Shown here one piece after another: positions 19,794-28,057 of a stretch of DNA of 33,678 bases (position 1 is its first letter; every line of letters begins with the position of its first letter). The notes below the pieces were generated by a model. That model had not been told where the DNA came from. It saw only the letters and a list, made by a program, of their open reading frames with translations, and searched no databases. The DNA is from Myxococcota bacterium (GTDB lineage: Bacteria; Myxococcota; JACRCW01), in the NCBI GenBank assembly GCA_040752415.1, contig JBFMGU010000111.1, positions 1-33,678 on the forward strand, in the 5' to 3' direction. Both the position numbers and the translations under genes were made by a program.

Positions 19794-20969
19794 TCACGCT
19801 CCGGGAGGTGGCGGAAGCTCAATGGCGTCGTTGAAGCTCTTGCCCGCCGCGAGCTTGGCGACGAACGGGAACGACATGAGCCGCATCACGCTGTTGCGCA
19901 CGAAGAGCTGAAACCCGTTCTTCGGCGCGAAGGTCAGCGCGAGCCGTTCGGCCGCCTTCTGCTTCGAGCGCAGGAACGGCATGAGCTGCCGCTCGTACTC
20001 GGCGAAGGCCTCCACGTGACTCGGCGCGCGCGCGAGCTCGGCGGCCAGCACGTAGGCTGCGACCATCGCGAGCGCCGAGCCTTGCCCGGACAAGAGCGAT
20101 GGGCACGCCGCTGCGTCTCCCACCAGGGCGACCCGACCGCGCGTCCACGACGGCATGCGGATCTGGCTCACCTGGTCCATGTAGAGCGACTCCGCGCCGG
20201 GCATCTTCGCGAGGACGGCCGGCGTCTCCCAGCCCGCGCTCGCGAAGCGCTCGCGCAGCAGCGCCTCCTGTGCCTCGCGCGTCTCGGGAACATCCTTCCG
20301 GTCATCGAGAAAGGTGAGCGCGAACATCATCCCGTCGTCGCGCATCGGGAACGCCGTCACCTGGTAGCCCACTTCGGTGTAGAGCTTCGCGACGAGTTCC
20401 TCGCGTGGGCGGTGGCCCTTGAGATCCAAGGCCGCGATCTTGAAGCCGAGGTACTTCTCGAACTGCTCGTCGGCGCCGAAGACCAGACGCCGCACCTGTG
20501 AGTGCAGGCCGTCTGCGCCGATCACGAGGTCGAAGTCCCGCGCAGCGCCGCGCTCGAAGGTGACCCGCACACGCGCGCCGTCGTCGTCGAGCGCACGCAC
20601 CGTGTCGCCGAAGATCGTCTCGACCTTGCCCTCGAGCGCGCCGTAGATGACAGCGGCGAGATCGCTTCGGGCGAGGCTCGCGTAGGGGACGCCAGGGCCG
20701 ACGAGGGACTCGGGGTGGAACGAGAACATGCGGGTGCCGTCGCGCCGCTCCTGCCGTCCCTCTCGGGGCGTGTACCCTCGCTGGAGCAGCTCCGGGACGA
20801 TGCCCATTCGGTCGGCGACCTCGAAGCCGGCGCCCCAGAAGTCGATGAGGTAACCACCTCGTCGAAGCTCGGGCGCCCGCTCGACCAGCGTCGGCCGATG
20901 GCCAGCGCGCGAGAGCCAGTAGGCGAGCGTGGGGCCCGCGATGCCTGCGCCGACGATGAGGACCTGCAT
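19794..20969 (-). CDS. FAD-dependent monooxygenase/oxidoreductase (FAD_binding_3)
   Basis: GAGIAG Rossmann motif, 'IGADGLHS', 'LVGDAAAC..LSGQG'. AGGAG RBS. Confidence 0.93.
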   Translation of the reverse strand: MQVLIVGAGIAGPTLAYWLSRAGHRPTLVERAPELRRGGYLIDFWGAGFEVADRMGIVPELLQRGYTPREGRQERRDGTRMFSFHPESLVGPGVPYASLARSDLAAVIYGALEGKVETIFGDTVRALDDDGARVRVTFERGAARDFDLVIGADGLHSQVRRLVFGADEQFEKYLGFKIAALDLKGHRPREELVAKLYTEVGYQVTAFPMRDDGMMFALTFLDDRKDVPETREAQEALLRERFASAGWETPAVLAKMPGAESLYMDQVSQIRMPSWTRGRVALVGDAAACPSLLSGQGSALAMVAAYVLAAELARAPSHVEAFAEYERQLMPFLRSKQKAAERLALTFAPKNGFQLFVRNSVMRLMSFPFVAKLAAGKSFNDAIELPPPPGA

Positions 20970-20992
20970 CCGAGGCTCCTGTAGACCACGGG

Positions 20993-21036
20993 TTGGACCG
21001 CCGGTCTAATGTGCCCAACCTGAACACGATGGTCAA
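20993..21036 (-). promoter_or_regulatory. Putative promoter and TetR operator of the monooxygenase-tetR operon
   Basis: Palindrome TTGGACCG-C-CGGTCTAA (20993-21009, one mismatch), extra TAGACC half-site at 20982. Minus strand reads TTGACC-N17-CACATT immediately upstream. Confidence 0.65.
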
Positions 21037-21076
21037 GGAGTTCAGGCGCGCGCGGCGCCCTCAGTCGGAACATGGC

Positions 21077-21367
21077 TCGTGGGAATGGCCCTTGGGCGGT
21101 GCGTGGGGATCGGCACGACCTGGTGGCACAGCCTGGAGGCTGGCCCCAGCACCCCGAAGAGCCGATGGGTCTGCCTCCGCGGCGCGGGAATCAACGACGC
21201 CAGCCTTCCCAGCATGCTCAGGGGATCCATCGCCACAACCGTGTTTTCCCGGCGATCCGGCCAAGAGGGTTGCTTGCGTCATCCCTCGTCCCGCCCCCTC
21301 GGCGCGTCCGGACGGGCCGTGATGCGCGCTCTTCAACCGCTCGCTACCGCATGGCGTGTCTACCGCT
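21077..21367 (-). mobile_element. IS91/ISCR-family (Y2) transposase remnant, copy 1
   Basis: Encodes 'MDPLSMLGRLASLIPAPRRQTHRLFGVLGPASRL..QVVP', like the C-terminal half of IS91-type transposases. Direct repeat of 25145-25447. Confidence 0.75.
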
Positions 21368-21521
21368 CCTGGTTCCCCAACAGGGCCATCTGGCTCGCCA
21401 CGTCCCGTCGGACACGAGGCCGGAGCTTGCGCTGGGACGGCCAACCTCCAACGCCGGCGGCACGCACCCGAGCAGCTACCGCCCCACAGTGCACAATCGT
21501 CATTCTTTGCTTCGTTTCAAC

Positions 21522-22796
21522 TCAGCGTTCCCAACGCTTGAAAAGGACGCTTGCGTTCACTCCACCAAAGCCAAATCCGTTGGACATGGCGTATTCCATG
21601 GCCACGGGCCTGGCCCGGCCGGCCACAATGTCCACGCCCGCGGAAGCGGGATCTGGGTCGTCAAGGTTCAGCGTCGCGGGTGCCATCTGGTCGCGAATGG
21701 CCAACGCAGTGAAAATCGCTTCCACACCGCCCGCCGCTCCGAGCAGGTGTCCGGTGGCGGACTTGGTGGATGTCACGGCCGTGCGCCCCTGCGTGCCAAA
21801 GACGTGCTTGATGGCTTCCAGCTCGCCACGGTCGCCCACCGGCGTGGAGGTGGCATGGGCATTGAGATGCTGCACCCTTGACGCCGCCACGCCCGCCTGA
21901 CGAAGCGCGGCTTCCATGGCCCGGCGCGCCCCGCTCCCATCCTCCGGCCCCGCGGTGATGTGATGCGCGTCCGCGCTTGTGCCGTAACCCACCACCTCCA
22001 CCACGGGCTGTGCGCCGCGGGCCAGCGCGTGGTCCAGCTCTTCAAGCACCAGCATGCCCGCGCCTTCACCCGGCACGAAGCCATCCCGCGCGCTGTCAAA
22101 CGGACGCGACGCACGTTCCGGGGCGGCCGAGAACCCCGTTGACAACGAGCGCGCCGCGGCAAACGACGCCAGGCTGATCCGGTTCACCGCCGCCTCGGCC
22201 CCGCCGCACAGCGCAACCTCCGCTTCTCCCGCCCTGATGAGCCGCGCCGCATCCCCGATGGCCTGCACACTTGCCGCGCACGCCGTGGAAGGCGCTCCCA
22301 GTGGGCCCTTCAGCCTGTGCCGGATGGAAACCTGACCAGCCGCCAGATTGATGAGGAATGACGGCACCGTGAACGGAGAGAGCCGCCGGGGGCCACGGGT
22401 GTCCGTGGTCCGCACTGCGTCAACGAACGACTCGGCGCCACCAATGCCCGAGGCAATGATGGTCGCAGTGCGTTCCTGATCACGGAGGTCCTCGGGACGC
22501 CAGCGCGCGCTGTGCAACGCTTCCTCCGCGGCAGCCAGCGCAAGCAGGATGAAGCGATCCATCCGTCGCTGTTCCTTGGGCGAGGCGACGCGGTCCGCAT
22601 CCAGGCCCGCCACCGGATCATCGCGCCGGTCCGGCACGAGCGCGCCCACCTTGGCGGGGATGTCCTCGGTGATCTCCGGCGGCAACAACCGGAGACCGGA
22701 TCTTCCCTCGAGCAGGCGCTGCCAGACCTGCTGCACTCCGCAACCCAACGGCGTCACCAAGCCCATGCCGGTGACAACAATCCGCCGACCGCTCAC
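21522..22796 (-). CDS. fabF: Beta-ketoacyl-ACP synthase II
   Basis: 'RIVVTGMGLVTPLG', catalytic Cys in TACAAS, His in NAHATST and KSATGHLLGAAG, terminal SNGFGFGG. GTG 22796 chosen because of a GGAG RBS. Confidence 0.93.
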   Translation of the reverse strand: MSGRRIVVTGMGLVTPLGCGVQQVWQRLLEGRSGLRLLPPEITEDIPAKVGALVPDRRDDPVAGLDADRVASPKEQRRMDRFILLALAAAEEALHSARWRPEDLRDQERTATIIASGIGGAESFVDAVRTTDTRGPRRLSPFTVPSFLINLAAGQVSIRHRLKGPLGAPSTACAASVQAIGDAARLIRAGEAEVALCGGAEAAVNRISLASFAAARSLSTGFSAAPERASRPFDSARDGFVPGEGAGMLVLEELDHALARGAQPVVEVVGYGTSADAHHITAGPEDGSGARRAMEAALRQAGVAASRVQHLNAHATSTPVGDRGELEAIKHVFGTQGRTAVTSTKSATGHLLGAAGGVEAIFTALAIRDQMAPATLNLDDPDPASAGVDIVAGRARPVAMEYAMSNGFGFGGVNASVLFKRWER

Positions 22797-22813
22797 ACCG
22801 CGCTCCTGTCCAA

Positions 22814-23398
22814 TCAATCGTGTTCGTCGCGCAAGAGCTGTTCACCCATCTTCTTGGCGGCCGTGAGGAACTGGTCGCTCAGCGGGGTGCCCCGCACCGC
22901 GCGCGACAATGAGAGCGCGCCATACATCAACGCAAGGAGACCCAATGCCTTCTCCCGGTGACGCGGGTCATCTCCCATCATGCCCGCAAGCGAACGAACG
23001 AAGCCCGCAAGCTCCGGCGCCAACGCGCTGCGGTAGGGCTCACCTTCCCTTGCAGCCTCAGGCGCAGCGCTGGGGAGCGGACATCCGGATTCCGCGTTGT
23101 CCCGATGTTTTCGCGAGAGGTAGGTGGACAACACGCTCACCACGCGCTCCCGTCGGGAACTGCCCTTGGCGGAGCGCAGCAGCCGGTTCCACATGGTGCT
23201 TGCGGTGGCCTGGATGGTCTCCGCAAAGAGCTGCTCCTTGGACTCAAAGTGTCCGTAGAACCCGCCCACCGTCAGGCCGGCGCCCTGCATCACCTCTGCA
23301 ACCGAGCTGGCCTTGATGCCACGCTCCCTCAGCAGCGCAGCGGCGGACGCAACAATGGCTTCACGGGACTTCTGCTTCTGCTCCGCCTTCTGGTTCAT
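22814..23398 (-). CDS. TetR/AcrR family transcriptional regulator
   Basis: HTH '[36 protein letters not shown]', plus 'YLSRKHRD...GCP'. Confidence 0.95.
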   Translation of the reverse strand: MNQKAEQKQKSREAIVASAAALLRERGIKASSVAEVMQGAGLTVGGFYGHFESKEQLFAETIQATASTMWNRLLRSAKGSSRRERVVSVLSTYLSRKHRDNAESGCPLPSAAPEAAREGEPYRSALAPELAGFVRSLAGMMGDDPRHREKALGLLALMYGALSLSRAVRGTPLSDQFLTAAKKMGEQLLRDEHD

Positions 23399-23422
23399 GC
23401 TGGCGTCTCCAAGCGTCAGGAG

Positions 23423-24658
23423 TCACACGCGCTCAAGAATGGTGGCAATGCCCTGGCCGCCGCCCACGCACATGGTGATGAGCGCAGTTTGCTTGCCGGA
23501 GCGCTCCAGCTCGTCGAGCGCGCTGCCCAGAAGCATGGCGCCGGTGGCACCCAGGGGATGGCCAAGCGCAATGGCTCCGCCATTCACATTCACGCGGTCC
23601 ATGCTGATGTCCAACGCACGCACCGTCTGGAGCACCACACCGGCAAAGGCCTCATTGATTTCCCACAGGTCAATGTCCCGTGCCTGCATGCCCGCGCTCC
23701 GCAGCGCCTTCTGGCTGGCGGGGGCCGGGCCGGTGAGCATGAGGAGCGGCTCCGTCCCGGTGGTTGCCATGGCTCGGATGCGAGCGCGCGGCTTGATCCC
23801 ATGCTCACGCACATAGCGCTCGGAGGCCAGCGCCACGGCTGCCGCTCCGTCGACAATTCCGCTGGAGTTGCCGGCGGTGTGCACGTGCCGGATGGCCCCG
23901 GCGCGCGGGTATGCCGCCACGGCAAGCGCATCCAGAGTCTCTCCCTTGGGCCCCACCACGGCAGCACCCATCTCCACAAAGGAGGGCTTCAGCGTCGCCA
24001 GCCCCTCCGCCGTGGTGTCCGGACGCGGGAGCTCCTCCCGCTCCAGCAGCACCGCTCCTGACTGCGGGTCCCGCACCGGCACCAGCGCGCGCTCAAAGCG
24101 CCGTTCCTCCACCGCCCGCGCCGCATTCCGCTGCGAGCGAAGCGCCACGGCGTCAACGTCCTGGCGCGAGAACCCCTCCAGTGTGGCAATCAGGTCCGCG
24201 CTGATACCCTGCGGAACCTGGAAGACCCGCTCACGAAGCAGGACGTTGTTGCCATCCTGGCCTGCTCCGTCAGACCCCATGGGGACGCGGGACATGCTCT
24301 CCACGCCGCCCGCCACCACCAGGTCCATGGCGCCAGACGCCACAGCCATGGCGCCAAAATTCACCGCCTGCAGCCCTGAGGCGCAGAAGCGGTTGAGAGA
24401 GACGGCGGACACCGAATCGGGCCAGCCCGCCGCCAACACGGCGTTGCGAGCAATGTTGGCTCCCTGCTCCCCCACCTGGGATACGCAGCCCACCATCACG
24501 TCGTCCACGGCGGTGGGCTCAAATCCGGCGCGTGCGGGCAAGACCCTGAGCACCTGCGCCAGGAGCTCCTGGGGATGGATGCCTGAAAGCGCGCCCTTGC
24601 CTGCCCTGCCGCGGCCCCGAGGAGTGCGCGCTGCGCCAATGACGTAGCTGGTTGTCAC
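23423..24658 (-). CDS. Thiolase (acetyl-CoA C-acyltransferase)
   Basis: [43 protein letters not shown] before GTG. Confidence 0.95.
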   Translation of the reverse strand: MTTSYVIGAARTPRGRGRAGKGALSGIHPQELLAQVLRVLPARAGFEPTAVDDVMVGCVSQVGEQGANIARNAVLAAGWPDSVSAVSLNRFCASGLQAVNFGAMAVASGAMDLVVAGGVESMSRVPMGSDGAGQDGNNVLLRERVFQVPQGISADLIATLEGFSRQDVDAVALRSQRNAARAVEERRFERALVPVRDPQSGAVLLEREELPRPDTTAEGLATLKPSFVEMGAAVVGPKGETLDALAVAAYPRAGAIRHVHTAGNSSGIVDGAAAVALASERYVREHGIKPRARIRAMATTGTEPLLMLTGPAPASQKALRSAGMQARDIDLWEINEAFAGVVLQTVRALDISMDRVNVNGGAIALGHPLGATGAMLLGSALDELERSGKQTALITMCVGGGQGIATILERV

Positions 24659-24689
24659 GGTTTCACACCTTTCTATGGATTACGGCTGT

Positions 24690-24718
24690 AATATGATGCT
24701 CATCATGCATCATGTCAA
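24690..24718 (-). promoter_or_regulatory. Sigma70 promoter with an overlapping TetR-type operator for thiolase-tetR-fabF
   Basis: Minus strand TTGACA (24718-24713), 17-nt spacer, CATATT (24695-24690). Palindrome ATGATG-CT-CATCAT at 24693-24706. Confidence 0.8.
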
Positions 24719-24974
24719 GAGATGAGATCCTCGTTGTCGTTCCCGGTTGGTGCTTGGGACGGCACGATTCACTCCCCAAAGGGCGCACGCTGCACCAGCG
24801 CCGGAATTCCCAGGCACATGAGCAGCGCAATCCGCGACCAGGGAGCATCCCGCGCTCGCTGCGTGAGGACGGGAAGGATGCACGTCTTGAAGCCCAGGCG
24901 CGGATGACGCTGCTGCACCAGGACCGTGTCTCCGCACCAACGTGCCGCCAGCGTGCGCCCAGCACGTCGTACGC

Positions 24975-25447
24975 CGCGCCTTCATGCAGCAAGTGCGCCT
25001 CCACACCGTCGGGAGGGAAGCACCTGCACGTCCAGATGCCGCGCCACCGCCCCACAGCGCGGACACAGGAGCGCGTCAATGTCGAAAGTGCGCCGCAAGA
25101 GTTCCGCCCACGGGATGGGTTGCTTGTACGCGGGCGGGTTCTCGTCGTGGGAATGGCCCTTGGGATGGTCCTTGCAGTGAGCGGGGACCGGCACGACCTG
25201 GTGGCGCAGCTTGGAGGCTGGCCCCAGCACCCCGAAGAGCCGATGGGTCTGCCTCCATGGCGCGGGAATCAACGACGCAAGCCTTCCCCAGCATGCTCAG
25301 GGGATCCATCACCACAACCGTGTTTCCCCGGCGATCCGGCTAAGAGGGTTGCTTGCGTCATCCCTCGTCCCGCACCCTCGGCGCGTCCGGACGAGCCGTG
25401 ATGCGCGCTCTTCAACCCGCTCGCTACCGCATGGCGTGTCTACCGCT
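24975..25447 (-). mobile_element. IS91/ISCR-family transposase remnant, copy 2 (frameshifted)
   Basis: 'MDPLSMLG', frameshift, 'IPAPWRQTHRLFGVLGPASKLRHQVVP...WAELLRRTFDIDALLCPRCG', frameshift, 'VEAHLLHEG'. The WAxLLxRxFxxDxxxCPxCG motif is typical of these transposase C-termini. Left boundary is approximate. Confidence 0.8.
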
Positions 25448-26531
25448 TGATCACACGACGGGGATCGAGCGCGTCCCGCAATCCGTCGCCGAGGAAGTTG
25501 AACGAAGCCACGGTGGTGAGGATGAGCAGGCCGGGCCACAGCGCCAGCAGCGGTGCGCGGTAGATGTAGTCCTGCGCGTTGGTGAGCATGTTCCCCCACG
25601 ACGGCGTAGGCGGCTTGATGCCCAGTCCCAGGAAGCTGAGCGCGGCCTCGTAGAGGATGTTCGCGCCCACTTCCAGCGTGGTGGCGACGATGATGGGGGC
25701 CAGCGCGTTGGGCAGCACGTGCCGGAGCAGGATGCGCGCGTCGGTGGCGCCGAGCGCGCGGGTGGCGGTGATGTACTCCATGCTCTTGATCTGCAGCGTG
25801 GCCGCCCGCGCCAACCGCGCCACCGTCATCCACCCGAACAGGACGATGAGCAGGATGAGCTGCACCGCCCCCCCGCCGCTGCCCTTCCCCAGCGTGCGCC
25901 AGTCGACGACGCGGAACAGCACCAGCCACGCCACCATGAGCACCACGAACACGCCCAGCACGCCCACGCCGATGCCACGCCACGCCTCGCCGGTTCCCCG
26001 TCGGGACAGCGCCACCAGCCCGTTGAGCAGCAGGGCCCCCAGCAGCGCGGACACCACGCCGTCCGCCAGCGTTGCGCCGCCAAACAGCTTCACCGGGTCC
26101 AACGCGCTGAACACGATCATGAGCGGCAGCAGCGGAATGGACAGCGCCGCGTCGGTGAGCCGCATGAGCACCGCGTCCACGACACCACCGTAGTACCCCG
26201 CAATCAGCCCCACCGCCGTGCCAATCAGAGCACCGGAGAACGCGGACACGATTCCGACACTGAGTGAGACCTGCCCGCCGTAGATGAGCCGCATGAGCAC
26301 GTCGCGACCAAGCTCGTCGGTGCCCAGCACGTGACCCGCGGTGAGCGGCGGAATCAGGGTGGCCTGCAGGTCCACGTCGGTGGCCTTCCAACCGGTCAGC
26401 GCGGCAACCAGGTCCGCCGCCGCCGCCAGCACCAGCAGCACCGTGACGACGACACCACTCAGGAGCGCCAGCCGGTGACCTCGGAAGCGCTGCCACACCA
26501 CGCGCTGCGGAGAGGGAACGGCGGCGTTCAT
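25440..26531 (-). CDS. Peptide/nickel ABC transporter permease, OppC/DppC type, 363 aa
   Basis: ATG 26531 overlaps the oppB stop (ATGA). Motifs 'HVLGTDELGRDV', EAA loop 'EYITATRALGATDARILLRHVLPN', 'FNFLGDGLRDALDPR'. Confidence 0.93.
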   Translation of the reverse strand: MNAAVPSPQRVVWQRFRGHRLALLSGVVVTVLLVLAAAADLVAALTGWKATDVDLQATLIPPLTAGHVLGTDELGRDVLMRLIYGGQVSLSVGIVSAFSGALIGTAVGLIAGYYGGVVDAVLMRLTDAALSIPLLPLMIVFSALDPVKLFGGATLADGVVSALLGALLLNGLVALSRRGTGEAWRGIGVGVLGVFVVLMVAWLVLFRVVDWRTLGKGSGGGAVQLILLIVLFGWMTVARLARAATLQIKSMEYITATRALGATDARILLRHVLPNALAPIIVATTLEVGANILYEAALSFLGLGIKPPTPSWGNMLTNAQDYIYRAPLLALWPGLLILTTVASFNFLGDGLRDALDPRRVIKR

Positions 26532-28051
26532 GCGCGGGTCCGGATGCGCGGGTCCACCGCGAGATAGAGGACGTCGGCGAGCACGTTCCCCACCATGACC
26601 AGCGTGGCGGCGACGAGGAACGCCACCATGGCCACGTAGTAGTCGCTGTTGAGCACGGACTCGTAGATGAGCCTTCCCACGCCCGGCCAGCTGAACACGG
26701 TCTCGGTGAGCACCGCGCCGGAGAAGAGCGAAGGCAGGCTGAGCGCCAGCACGGTGACGACGGGAATCAGCGCGTTGCGCAGCGCGTGCTTCCAGATCAC
26801 CACGTGCTCCGGCAGGCCCTTGGCGCGCGCGGTGCGGATGTAGTCCTGGTGGATGACCTCCAGCATGGCACCGCGCACGTAACGCACCCACCGCCCCACG
26901 TACGCCGCGGCCAGCACCAGCACCGGCAGCACGGTGTGACGCAGCTGGTCCATGGCGTCGTCGACACCGGGCGTGCCCATGCCGCCCGCGGGAAACCAGC
27001 CCAGCACCACGGAGAAGAGGATGATCATCATGATGCCCAGCCAGAACACCGGGATGCTCACGCCCACGAAGGCCAGGATGCTCACCACGTGGTCCAGCCG
27101 GGAATACTGTCGCGACGCGGCAATGACGCCGATGGGGATGGCGAGCAGCAGGGAGAGCAACAGCGCCGGCAGCATGAGGCGCAACGTGTTGGCCACACGA
27201 CCTTGCAGGATCTCGCCCACGGGACGCTTGTACGTGTTGGAGAAGCCCAGGTTCCCGAGGAGGAAACCCTTCTGGAACGCCTTCGGGTCCGGCACCGGAC
27301 CATGGTCCACCGCGAACACCCCCAGCGCGCTCCGCCCATCCGGTGCCTTCGCCTCGACGACAATCGCGCTCTGCCCCGGCCCCTCCCACGCGGCGCGATA
27401 CACCCCGTCCTCGACGGTCCCCGGCCCCTCGACCACCCGGAACACGGTCCCCGCGGGCGCACCCGGCAGCGCGGCGCGCAGGTCCACCGCAAACGGCTCC
27501 TCCGCCGTCACGAACTTCACGCCCAGCTCCGCGAAGCGCAGGCGCTCCGTCGGCTCGCGGTTACGCAGCTCCACTTCCAGGTGGATGGGCGTCTGCAGCC
27601 CGTCGGCGTCGGTCGCCACCACGTACACGTCCCGCACGCCTGGCGTCGTCGACGTCATCCGCAACCGTGTCCCCACCAGCTCCGCCCCGTCCCCAACGAC
27701 ACGGAGCGCGGGCGTGCGGCCATCGTCGGGATCCTTGAGGTGCGCGGCCAGGTCCAGCTCCGCGCCCTGCCCGGCCTCCACCAGCAGCCGACGTGGGCCG
27801 GTGTACTGGGGCGCCAGTTTTCCGTCGTGGTAGCCCCACAGCCAGCGCACGTATTGCACGTGCCACGGCTGGTCCAGGCCGCGCAGGCGCTTGAGGCGGG
27901 CCACGTCCTCGGGACTGATGCCGGGGTTGCTGGTGATCAGCAGCTCGACGGGATTGCCGGGCATGGCGCTCAGCAGTCGGAACAGCACCACGCTCAACAC
28001 CATGAGCGTCAGGAGCGCCTGCACCAACCGGGAGAGCGCGCTGCGCAGCAC
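26528..28051 (-). CDS. Peptide/nickel ABC transporter permease, OppB/DppB type, with a large periplasmic insertion, 507 aa
   Basis: 'PGNP..GLDQPWHVQYVRWL', 'GNLGFS', 'DYIRTARAKGL', 'TETVFSWPGVG', 'DVLYLAVDPR'. Confidence 0.93.
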   Translation of the reverse strand: MLRSALSRLVQALLTLMVLSVVLFRLLSAMPGNPVELLITSNPGISPEDVARLKRLRGLDQPWHVQYVRWLWGYHDGKLAPQYTGPRRLLVEAGQGAELDLAAHLKDPDDGRTPALRVVGDGAELVGTRLRMTSTTPGVRDVYVVATDADGLQTPIHLEVELRNREPTERLRFAELGVKFVTAEEPFAVDLRAALPGAPAGTVFRVVEGPGTVEDGVYRAAWEGPGQSAIVVEAKAPDGRSALGVFAVDHGPVPDPKAFQKGFLLGNLGFSNTYKRPVGEILQGRVANTLRLMLPALLLSLLLAIPIGVIAASRQYSRLDHVVSILAFVGVSIPVFWLGIMMIILFSVVLGWFPAGGMGTPGVDDAMDQLRHTVLPVLVLAAAYVGRWVRYVRGAMLEVIHQDYIRTARAKGLPEHVVIWKHALRNALIPVVTVLALSLPSLFSGAVLTETVFSWPGVGRLIYESVLNSDYYVAMVAFLVAATLVMVGNVLADVLYLAVDPRIRTRA

Positions 28052-28057
28052 GGGTGG

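Larger units (their letters stand above)
18781..25447. mobile_element. Accessory island at the 3' end of oppC, flanked by a direct duplication
   Basis: Direct repeat starting CTTGATCAC at 18781 and 25446. Contains two IS91-like transposase remnants and two TetR-regulated cargo modules. Confidence 0.7.

Noticed and set aside
21360..21503. 47-aa minus-strand ORF (MTIVHCG...NQER*) after fabF, ending at the IS stub's TAG
   Set aside because: Short, no clear RBS, no recognisable family.
18781..25447. Integron or prophage interpretation of the island
   Set aside because: No tyrosine or serine integrase, no attC-like sites, no phage genes, and the modules carry their own promoters.
26532..27389. 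N-terminal extension of the 649-aa OppC ORF
   Set aside because: It is an alternative frame inside oppB. The real start is the coupled ATG at 26531.
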